DNA from: Eledone cirrhosa
Lineage: Eukaryota
DNA length: 64,000 nucleotides
Assembly: GCA_964016885.1 (NCBI GenBank)
Contig: OZ024749.1
Coordinates: 27,528,001-27,592,000, forward strand
Direction of reading: 5' to 3'
Shown here: positions 52,836 through 64,000 of the stretch, in pieces
Layout: each line of letters opens with the position of its first letter
Numbering within the stretch: position 1 is the first letter of the stretch
The notes under the pieces: generated by a model
The model's database searches: none
What the model was told of the DNA's origin: nothing
The model's input: the letters and a program-made list of their open reading frames with translations, nothing else
Made by a program: the position numbers and the translations under genes

Positions 52836-53013
52836 AAAAACATACCATTTGATGAATGGTTCCGAGTTGAGCCTTTGTCTGCTTACCATTCTGTGATACT
52901 AGCTGAAGACTTCATGGCACACCTTGCCCCAACTTATTGGCCACCCGGTAACAGAACTGGTTGGTGTTTCTCTATTGAAACTGATAAATCCAAAGACTGC
53001 CAAATGAAGGAAG
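52836..53013 (+). CDS. POFUT1: POFUT1 coding exon (KNIPFDEWFRVEPL...EDFMAHLAPTYWPPGNR...CQMKEG)
   Basis: 178 bp, ttcacag/gtaagt boundaries, phase 0 to 1; EDFM..LAPT.WPP and C.MKEG motifs. Confidence 0.96.
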
Positions 53014-53020
53014 GTAAGTT

Positions 53021-53505
53021 CATCATCACCATCACTGTCATCACCACCACTATCATCATCATCATCATCATCAACATCATCATCATCGTCATCATTACCA
53101 TCATCATCATTACCATCATCATTACCATCATCATCACCATCATCACCAACACCATCATTATCTTAACCACCACCACCACCACCGCCGCCACCATCACCAA
53201 CATCATTATCACCACCACCACCACCACCACCACAACCATCACCATCATCACCAGCACCATCATTATTTTCACCACCACCACCGCCGCCACCACCATCATC
53301 ACCACCGCCGCCACCATCACCAACATCATTATCACCACCACCACCATCACCATCATCACCAACACCATCATTATCTTCACCACCGCCACCACCATCACCA
53401 CCACCATCACCAACATCATTACCACCACCACCTCCACCACAACCATCACCATCATCACCAACACCATCATTATCTTCACCACTACCACCACCACCACCAC
53501 CACCA
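53021..53505. repeat. Compound (CAT)n/(CAC)n trinucleotide tract
   Basis: Seen directly; starts 8 nt after the POFUT1 exon donor. Confidence 0.95.
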
Positions 53506-53588
53506 GGTCTATTCATATTGCCATCTCTTGGAAAACTGTTGACACTGGTGTTTTGTGTAATAAAATACACCCAGTACAGTCTGTAAAG

Positions 53589-55010
53589 TATAGTGTTGGT
53601 ACCATGATAAAATACAGCCAATACAGCCTATATAGTGTTGGTACCATGATAAAATACACCCAGTACAACCTATATAGTGTTGGTACCATGATAAAATACA
53701 CCCAGTACAGCCTATATAGTGTTGGTACCATGATAAAATACACCCAGTACAGCCTATATAGTGTTGGTACCATGATAAAATACACCCAGTACAGCCTATA
53801 TAGTGTTGGTACCATGATAAAATACACCCAGTACAGCCTATATAGTGTTGGTACCATGATAAAATACACCCAGTACAGCCTATATAGTGTTGGTACCATG
53901 ATAAAATACACCCAGTACAGCCTATATAGTGTTGGTACCATGATAAAATACACCCAGTACAGCCTATATAGTGTTGGTACCATGATAAAATACACCCAGT
54001 ACAGCCTATATAGTGTTGGTACCATGATAAAATACACCCAGTACAGCCTATATAGTGTTGGTACCATGATAAAATACACCCAGTACAGCCTATATAGTGT
54101 TGGTACCATGATAAAATACACCCAGTACAGCCTATATAGTGTTGGTACCATGATAAAATACACCCAGTACAGCCTATATAGTGTTGGTACCATGATAAAA
54201 TACACCCAGTACAGCCTATATAGTGTTGGTACCATGATAAAATACACCCAGTACAGCCTATATAGTGTTGGTACCATGATAAAATACACCCAGTACAGCC
54301 TATATAGTGTTGGTACCATGATAAAATACACCCAGTACAGCCTATATAGTGTTGGTACCATGATAAAATACACCCAGTACAGCCTATATAGTGTTGGTAC
54401 CATGATAAAATACACCCAGTACAGCCTATATAGTGTTGGTACCATGATAAAATACACCCAGTACAGCCTATATAGTGTTGGTACCATGATAAAATACACC
54501 CAGTACAGCCTATATAGTGTTGGTACCATGATAAAATACACCCAGTACAGCCTATATAGTGTTGGTACCATGATAAAATACACCCAGTACAGCCTATATA
54601 GTGTTGGTACCATGATAAAATACACCCAGTACAGCCTATATAGTGTTGGTACCATGATAAAATACACCCAGTACAGCCTATATAGTGTTGGTACCATGAT
54701 AAAATACACCCAGTACAGCCTATATAGTGTTGGTACCATGATAAAATACACCCAGTACAGCCTATATAGTGTTGGTACCATGATAAAATACACCCAGTAC
54801 AGCCTATATAGTGTTGGTACCATGATAAAATACACCCAGTACAGCCTATATAGTGTTGGTACCATGATAAAATACACCCAGTACAGCCTATATAGTGTTG
54901 GTACCATGATAAAATACACCCAGTACAGCCTATATAGTGTTGGTACCATGATAAAATACACCCAGTACAGCCTATATAGTGTTGGTACCATGATAAAATA
55001 CACCCAGTAC
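53589..55010. repeat. 42-bp minisatellite, about 34 near-identical copies, in a POFUT1 intron
   Basis: Unit TATAGTGTTGGTACCATGATAAAATACACCCAGTACAGCCTA, contiguous with no spacers. Confidence 0.98.
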
Positions 55011-57689
55011 TGTTGGTACCATGATAAAATACACCCAGTACTGTTGGTACCATGATAAAATACACCCAATACAGCCTGTATGGTGTTTGTACCATGATAA
55101 GATACACCCACACAAAAAAACAAAAAAACTTGCCCAGTCGAATCCGCTGTGTAAAGTGGAAGCAGTAGTGCCACTTACCTACCTCCAGAAAAAAAAAGCA
55201 CACACAGTACAACCCGTAAAGTAGTTGGTGTTAGGTGGGGGATCCAACTGTAGAAATAATGCTAAATATGGAAAGAACGAGTGTGATGGAGTAGCTCCAA
55301 TCCGTCTGGTGACGGACTATGACAACTGGTCCAGCCCATGCCAGGAAGACACAAAAGGGTGGTGATGATAATGATGATACGGAAATTTGTATGTGTGAAA
55401 AAAAAACATCAGAGGTGTGTTCAGTGAAGTATAATGATGTATTGAGTAAAAATTAAATGCCACATAGTTTCATCAAATATAAAAATATCTGGCATTCCTA
55501 TCTACTATCTACAGCGGTAGGGGTAGATGTATTGTTGTTGTTTGGTAGATTAGATGACAGTGGGCAACATCCTTCCCCATACACACACAAACTGGAACAC
55601 ACGGGGTCCTGAACATTTTCCTATATATATATGTATATGAAAAATTCATATCTATATATATATACAATATATGAATTTTTCATATATATATGTATATATA
55701 TAGTATAAAGAAAACGAAAAATCAGTGATGCATCTGGACTTAATTTATTCTTTCTTCTTTCTTTTCATTTTACGTCTGCTTTTCCCTGCTTGCAAGGGTG
55801 GGACGGGAACTGATTCTGGCTTGATTTCTACAGCTGGATGCCCTTCCTAACACCAACCTCATTTACAGTGAGTGCTGGGTGCTTTTTTGCCGTGGCACCT
55901 CCACGACCACTTTGCAGTGGAATGATATGGACCCCAGTCCCTATCATCTCATTTCTACAGCTGAGTAAACTGCAACAATGTGAAATAAAGTGTCTTGCTC
56001 AAGGAAACAACACATCACCCAGTCTGAGAATTGAACTCACAACCTTTCGATTGCAAGGCCAATGCTCTAACCACTAAGCCATGTGCCTCCATTATTGCGT
56101 GTTACAATTGTTTCTCCGGCAGGTAGCTCGAGACATGGTCCTTGTATGGACCTGGCTGATTCTACTTCTGCAGGTTCATTCAGACACGAGTATTTCGTTT
56201 GGAGCAAATTTTATCACTGGGGTGTTATCATCAAAAAACACCCTCAAAAAACCCTACTTCCACTCTTGTCATGCCGTTGGCTGTTTTTACTCCACGTCAT
56301 CACAAGTTCTGGTCAGTATCTACTGCCACACGGGTCATCAGCCATTTTCCGTCCGACACATTTCGATGGAGTCATGCTGGGTTCAGCATCACACACGTCT
56401 GTTCACACTTCAGAGAAAGCACCCACACATACTAATATACACACACATGCAGACACCGACAGACTTATGCATACACACATGTACGTCTACATGCACAGAC
56501 ACACACACACCCCCACATACAGACATATATGTATATATACACACACACTCTCTCCCTCACCTCCACGGACCCAGTCACACCCACTTGTATATACATATCG
56601 CCACAAGCCTTATGGCGGCTGTTTACTTCGCCCCATGTATCCGGTTGGGATAAGCATGGCCTATTCAAACATATACATATATACATACATACAAGCGCAC
56701 ACATACATACGCCCAATCCTATATATATTTATATATCTATATATACACACACTCATACACACACATATATGTACACACACATACATGCACACACACATGC
56801 ATGTACATATATATATATACACATACATACATACATACATACATACACACATATATATATATAAATATATATATATATATCTTTAGGTTTGTTGGTTCAC
56901 CACTGGATAGAACTGGTCATTCCGTATGGTCAATCCTGGTGTAATATTGTGAAGAGTACTCAACGCAGTGCAGTTCACCCATCTTCATTTGCGTAGTTGG
57001 TGGTGCGAATACGGAGTTAATTATAAATGAAATAAAATAACAGGAGGCTGGACTGGTGTAAATCCTTGAAAGGTTTATTATACCATGATCATTTCAATGA
57101 CCGGGTTCCATATGAATCCGGTGATATCATCAGGTATTGGAATATAACAAAGGAATATGTAAAAAACTATGGGTCCGAAAAATCAGAGACAGAGAGGACG
57201 ACTGACCAACTAGCTTCTCGGCCAGTCACCCTCAAAGTGGTGGCAACTGAAGCTACTAATGAATATCTGGTGAGGGGGCGAAGGCTTATAATGCACTACC
57301 ACCACTCCGTCAAAGAAGAAGGGGAAGAAAGAAAGAAAGGGAGAAAGAAGTGTAGTGTAAGGGTCATACTACATTCATGCTAGAAAATGCCGCGAAAAAA
57401 TGCTACCCCAAAGAATCTATAATGCGTGTCTGTATGGTCTAATGTGTGAACCGAAGATTGGAACGTTAAACTTATGTTGCGAGTTATAGGATGAAATTAA
57501 ATTAAATTAAAAATATTAAATTGCAAAATGATAAATTGCAAAATAAGTTATTAGAGAATTAAGGATTAAGGTAGCGAGATTTATTTATTTAATGAACTTA
57601 CGGAGAGAGTCTTATATGAAAAAAGTGATAGTGTCTGTTTTAAACACTAAATCCCTCCCCATGAAGAATGCACCTCCCAACATAGACTC

Positions 57690-59642
57690 ATAGTCAGCGA
57701 CCTCATAGTCAGGACAAGATGTACACGACAACAGAGGATAGTAAACCAAGTCATACAGAATGGGGTCATTCCAAAGGACTGGTGTAACAGCATCATCTTT
57801 AACTGCTACAAGGGTAAAGGAGATGCCCTAGATAGGGGTAACTATAGAGGCATTAAATTAATCAACCAGGTCATGAAGGTCACAGAAAAAGTAATAGAGC
57901 AACTAATCAGAGAGCGAATTGATCTAGATGAAATGCAGTTCGGGTTTGTGTCAGGTAAAAGTACCACAGACGCTCTTTTCATTGTACGACAACTACAGGA
58001 GAAGTACCTAGCTAAAAGTAAACCCCTATACTTAGCTTTTGTTGACTTGGAGAAAGCCTTTGACAGAGTCCCCCGCTCCATTATCTGGTGGGCTCTTAGA
58101 AAACTAGGTGTTGATGAATGGCTTGTGAGAGCTATACAAGCCATGTATAAAGAAACAGTCAGCAAGGTTAGAATTAACAACGAATATAGTGAAGAGTTTA
58201 GCGTAAAAAGTTGGTGTTCATCAGGGCTCCGTTCTTAGCCCCCTACTATTTATTATTGCCCTTCAGGCTATAACAGAGGAGTTCAAGACCGGCTGCCCAT
58301 GGGAACTCCTATACGCAGATGATCTAACGCTCATAGCTGAACCAATGGCCGAACTAGAGAAGAAATTCCAAACATGGAAGCATGGCCTAGAATCAAAAGG
58401 CTTTAAAGTTAACTTGTCTAAGACTAAAGTTCTAGTTTGTAGGAAGGAAAATAGGGCACCGGTCCCATCTGGGAAATGGCCATGCTCAGTGTGTAGGAAA
58501 GGAGTAGGCAGAAACTCCATTTTATGTCCCAAATGCAAAGTATGGGTGCATAAAAGATCTAGTGGGATCACAGGTAAGCTAACTAAGAATATAGATTTTG
58601 TATGTGGCCGGTGCTCTGGTGCAATAAGTAGCAGCAAGTGCCCACAGAATACTAGCTCATTCCATTGCACAGATGGTTCTATAGAAATAGTGGACACCTT
58701 CTGTTACCTGGGTGACAAAATCAGCAGTGGTGGAGGGTGCTCTGAAAGTACAGTAGCTAGAGTCAGAACGGGATGGAAAAAGTTCAGAGAGCTTATACCA
58801 CTATTGGCCGCTAAAGGGTTCTCTTTAAAAATGAAAGGCAGGCTGTATGATGGCTGCATACGAACAGCAATGTTACATGGCAGTGATACCTGGGCATTGT
58901 GTGCAGAGGATATACGCAGACTGGAGAAGAATGAAGCTTGCATGCTCCGCTGGATGTGTAATAGTAATATACATGAATGGCAAAGCATAAATGAACTAAG
59001 GGAGAAATTAGGAATAAGAGGGATCAGATGTTGTTTACTCGAAAGAAGACTACGTTGGTACGGTCACGTGATGCGCATGAAAGACGACAGCTGTATAAAA
59101 AAGTGCAGGGCAATAAAAATAGACGGTAGCCACGGAGTAGGCAGACCCAGAAAAACCTGGGACGACTTGATAAATTCCGACCTCACACACTTAGACCTCT
59201 CCAAGACAATGTCACTGGACCGAGATCTTTGGCGCTACACAGTAATACAGAAGACCCACCTTGCCTAAATACAAAGCGAAACCTAGTCAGTAGGCACCTC
59301 TAACAAAAATACACCCCTGTCCCACTACCCCCACCCCATCCACACTACCCCCTTAAATGTGAAGTTATGTTGGTACCACAACATCCAGTCTGAAACAAAT
59401 GAGGTGTCACGACAAAAAAACACACAGTCCACGCTGTAATGTGGCCGTGTAGGTAACACGGTAAAAACCTCCCAGTCCACACTGTAAACGTGGTTGGTGT
59501 TAGGAAGGGCATCCAGAAGTAGAAAACCTGCCAGACAGTCCTATACGAGCAAGACAACCAATCTTGCCTCAAGTGGGAAAATTCCCATCCAAACCCATGC
59601 AAGCGTGGAAGATGGACGTTAAACGATGATGATGATGATGAT
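57690..59642 (+). mobile_element. RTE-clade LINE, 5'-truncated, RT + embedded Cys/His finger, (GAT)n tail
   Basis: NYRGIKL, FVDLEKAFDRVP, HQGSVLSP, YADD, RRLRWYGHVMR, GRPRKTW; one frameshift near 58205. Confidence 0.93.
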
Positions 59643-59947
59643 ATATATATATGGAGGAAGTTATAGTTCACTTGAAGCATTGTGTAATGAGGTATAAACG
59701 TTTGAATTTGCAAAGCCAAACAGTGCAGGTATGAACTCTATACCATTTCCTGTCAGCATGACTTGGCAAGCTATTTAGAACACTGGTTTAACCGCTTTAC
59801 TTCTCTCCGAAGAAGAGATATTATCTCGAAAATTAAGGACATTTAAATAAATCTAAGGTAAAAGACTAATTGTTAACAATATCTTTTGCATTTGCATCTT
59901 TTATTCTATGTCCATACCTGCATTGTTTGGCTTTACAAATTCAAACG

Positions 59948-59986
<39 letters not shown>

Positions 59987-62900
59987 ATAAAATAATAATA
60001 TTGAAATTATTGTGTACAGTGCTCAGGTGCACTACAACTCGTCAAAGGTGCATGTATAGTACATAGAATAATATACAAATGTCAGGGAAGTGGATAGTGT
60101 ATGAGTCATGATATACATGTGTGTATGTGTATGGAGGGGGAATATTAGGTGTAGTGTTGGCGAATCTCAGGAAGCATGGAGGTTTTAAAGGATGCAGTGT
60201 TTATATATATATATATACACACATATATATATTCAAAATAAGGGGTACACAGGACAAAGACAATGGCAAAAACAAAGAAAGACGGTTAGTCCCATCTCCT
60301 CAGTCCACATACACATACATTATATATACATACACACACATAAACATACATTATATGTATGTGTGTGTGTATATATATATATATATACATACATATTTCA
60401 CTGTTGATTCTAGCAAGGAAGTCAAGTGGTTGAGCAGTGTGTGTGTATATATATGTATATAAGTGGTTGAGTAGTGTGTGTATGTATGTATATATATATA
60501 TATAAAATAAACACATTAAACAATTACAGGGGATAATTTGTAAAGAGTATAAACACACATAGTTATGGAAGTAACATATAAAAAATTAACAAGAACCTTG
60601 AATATAATATATATATATACTATTCAACCACTTGACCTTGCTAGAATCAACAACAAAGTCTTTATCAAATCACACCATATTGCCTTAATTGACCTGGGGT
60701 TAAAAACAACATGGAGTATGATCCACAACTGAGTGTCTGCACTGATGCTAAGCCTGCTAGAAATAGCAGCCAAATCATCTTTAACCCTTTAGCATTTACA
60801 TTGCTCTATATGTACTACTATATTTTCACTGTAAAGGCTTTAGTTCATATAATTATCTCACATAATATCGAATCTATGATATTTTGATATCTTTTATTTT
60901 GAGAACAATACCTTAACATCAGTATGAGCAGCCAGTTACAACTGGTTTGAACAGAAAGAGGTGAGAAAAATCTGGCTGGTTACAGCCGGTTTAAATGCTA
61001 ACTCCATGCTTCCCGAGATCCGCCAACACTACAGCTAACACATACACACATGTACTTCCCTGACATTTGTGTATTATTCTATGTACTATATTGACGAGTT
61101 GTAGTGCTCCTGAGCACTTTACACAATCATTTCATTATCATTATCATAAATAAAGATTATATTGAACTGTGAAATGTCTGACATACAAAATAAACTGGAT
61201 GGTCATGACTGGAATGCTTTTTATCACAAGTCTGTTCTGCTGGATCACTTGGGGTTCTGCCTTGGGCTGAACAACAACTCCAACAGCAGAAGGCCTATGA
61301 TAGATTTAACCCTTTAGCATTTACATTACTCTATATTTACTATTGTATTATCACAGTAAAGGCTTTACCTTACATGATTATCGCACATAATATCGAATCT
61401 ACAAGATTTTGATGTTATTTATTTTGAGAACAATACCTTAATGTAGGTATGAGTGGCCAGTTATGACCGGTTTGAACAGAAAGAGGTGAGAGTTATGGCT
61501 GCATACGGCCAGTTTATATGCTAAAAGGTTTAACACCTAAATCATTGTATGTATATAGACTGGTGGTGTACCCACTGAGCCATCTCAACTTTACAATCTT
61601 TCACTGCAAAGTTTTTATCAGTTAGTCAGGAGGAAAGGCAGTGCACCTGATGCTTTCCAGGGACCCTAAGGCAGGTGAGATGGAAGGGAGAGGGAAGGAA
61701 AAAAGTACCTTCAAATGGGAGAACTAGCCTGGATGTTCACAAGAGTTGCCTGCTGGTGTCTATTCCACATAGTTTTGTTAAAAGTTTCTTTGAACTCAGA
61801 ACACCAAGGGCCATAACTCTTTGCTGCGAAGCATGTCTGACACTCTACCAGTACTGCCAATCCACAGCCCTTATATATATAACAATAATAATAATAATAA
61901 TGATTTCTTTATTGGCCCATAATATTTATTATTATTTCTTTACGGGCAGTGGATGGCAGAATCAGTAGAGTGTCGGACAACATGTTTAGTGGCATAGAGT
62001 TACAGCCCTTTACGTTCTGAGTTCAAATCCCGCTGAGTTTAGCTTTCCCTTTCATCCTTCTGGGTTCGATAAAATAAAGTACCAGTAATGCACTGGGGTT
62101 GATTTAATCGACTATCCCCTTTCCACCAAAATTGTGGGCTTTGTCCCTAAATCAGAAACCTTTATTTTTTTGTTGGCTACAAGGGCCAAAACAGAAAAAA
62201 ATAATTTAATAGGTATTTTGCAAGAAACCCATATTTGTACCATCCTGTGCTGTCCTTAATATATTTTTTGTAAATCCTTTGTGGTTAATAAAGGTTTCTT
62301 ATATAGGCACAAGGCCAGCAATTTTGGGGGAGGGGAAAGTCGATTAAATCAACCCAGTGAGTGACTAGTACTTTATATTATCGACCCCATAAGGATGAAA
62401 GGCAAAGTTAACCTCGGCGGGATTTGTTCTCAGATCATAAAGGGCCGTAACTCTATGCTGCAAAGCATGGCATCCGACCCTCTGTCAATCCACCACCCTT
62501 ATAATTGCATTAATAATAATAATCTATTAATATATAATATGCTTGTGTATTTGTCTGTCACAAGAGATGAGTGACGAAGGAAGGGGTGGTGACAAACTGA
62601 CAAAGGAAGGTGTGATAACGTCAACTGAGAAAGGAAGGGGTGATAACATCGACTTAGGAAGGAAGGGGTAGCAACATCCAATATTCGCTACATCTGTGTG
62701 TGTATATGTATAGCAAATTGGCTTCACACATTGGCTGTTATGATTATGTGTGTTTGTGTATGTGTATATGTGTGTTTATGTAAATTATATTCATATATGA
62801 TATTTGTGTGAGTGTATATGTGTTTTGTGTGTTTATTTAGAAAGATACATAGACAATAGACTTACAAACACACGAATCTACACCTACATATATATAAACA

Positions 62901-63204
62901 GACACTTGGAAAAAATATTTATAACATACATACACATTTATGCGATAACTGAGGAAGGAGGAGGTGGTGAAACACTATAGAAATTCAGCGTTCTAAGATT
63001 CACCACAGCTGTATGTTTGTGTGTTTGTATCACTTATGTGAGTGAGCGCGAAGGAACCAACCAACCAACAAACAAACAAACATATCTTTTTTATATTATT
63101 TATAGATATTACAATTAACTGTCATTTTTTATGGCATGGCGCCAGCTAGTAAAAATAATAATTTCCGTTTCTTTCATATGTGTTCTTTTGATATGTGATT
63201 GCAG

Positions 63205-63304
63205 GCAATCCATTTGGACCCTTCTGGGATGGCTTAGGTGTTGAGTTTGATAGCAACATGCCTTACACAATCACCTATCAACTGCCAGAACTATGGAAAG
63301 AAAG
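63205..63304 (+). CDS. POFUT1: POFUT1 coding exon (GNPFGPFWDGLGVEFDSNMPYTITYQLPELWKER); gene continues past the window
   Basis: 100 bp, ttgcag/gtaact boundaries, phase 1 to 2; GNPFGPFWD signature. Confidence 0.95.
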
Positions 63305-63414
63305 GTAACTACATTTCTCACATCTAATCTACTGTCACCAACTTGACAATACTGAACAAGATATATAGCTTTGTTTGTTTCCTCAGTCCACCTGGTTGTC
63401 TGCAGGTTTCACTA

Positions 63415-63737
63415 AATGTAGGAAGAGTTTAGAAGCTTATGAAGGGTTTAGAAGTTTATGAAGGGTTTAGAAGTGTAGGAAGGGTTTAGAAGCTTTTGAA
63501 GGGTTTAGAAGCCTTGAAAGGGTTTAGAAATGTAGGAAGGGGTTTAAAAGCCTTGAAAGGGTTTAACTGTGTAAGAAAAGTTTAGAAGCCTTAGAAGGGG
63601 TTTAGAAATCTTGGAAGGGTTTATCTGTATAGGAATGGTTTAGAAGTGTAGGAAGTGTTTAGAAGCCTTGAAAGGATTTAGCTGTGTCGCAAGGGTTTAG
63701 CCATGTAAGCAGGGTTTAGCTATGTAGGAAGGGTTTA
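63415..63737. repeat. About 19-bp degenerate minisatellite (GAAGGGTTTAGAAG core)
   Basis: Seen directly. Confidence 0.85.
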
Positions 63738-64000
63738 ATTTGTTTGTTGGTATTGTTGTTGTTTAACCCTACATCAGTCCTGATCAAAGATATTCCAGCT
63801 TTGCCCATTTCCTAGACATAGTGCATGAAGGACGACATCAGGGTGTGATATGATTTGAGGGAGATTTTGTAGCGGGTTGAGTTTATCATTAATGGTGTTG
63901 TTATTGTTTAACCCCAGGTCAATCTTGATGAAGTAAATCTATTCATCCATTTTTAAGAGATCAGGGTGGCGATTCAGGGAAATTTTGCTACTGTTTTTAT

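Noticed and set aside
53589-55010. CRISPR-like array, and 553-749 aa ORFs on both strands
   Set aside because: Units are contiguous with no unique spacers, there are no cas genes, and the context is a eukaryotic intron. The ORFs result from a stop-free 42-bp unit.
63415-63737. GGGTTTAG repeats as interstitial telomere
   Set aside because: The unit is about 19 bp and degenerate, not tandem TTAGGG.

Overview
AT-rich, intron-rich animal genomic DNA. The SINE/LINE repertoire and microsatellite load suggest a coleoid cephalopod such as Octopus; this is inference from repeat types, not proven. Two spliced protein-coding genes, largely missed by the ORF track, can be built by hand with GT-AG splice sites and consistent phases. 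One is a complete 5-exon, 104-aa thioredoxin (WCGPC) on the minus strand (7268-19827). The other is the 5' part of a protein O-fucosyltransferase 1 (POFUT1) on the plus strand (four coding exons, 37518-63304, continuing beyond the window), oriented divergently. The rest is a mosaic of RTE, CR1 and Penelope retroelement relics, several tRNA-derived SINE families, piggyBac-, Tc1/mariner- and Merlin/MULE-type MITEs, a non-autonomous Helitron, micro- and minisatellites, and a decayed 3.4-kb element encoding a transposase-like core fused to a FEN1/XPG-like nuclease and a CXC domain. The most notable observations are that unclassified element, a well-formed type I hammerhead ribozyme in a 150-bp cassette within (TA)n, and recurrent short-spacer palindromes, one of which appears to have arisen inside a LINE copy after insertion. 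Most long ORFs in the track are microsatellite artefacts. There is no CRISPR array, rRNA or intact tRNA.
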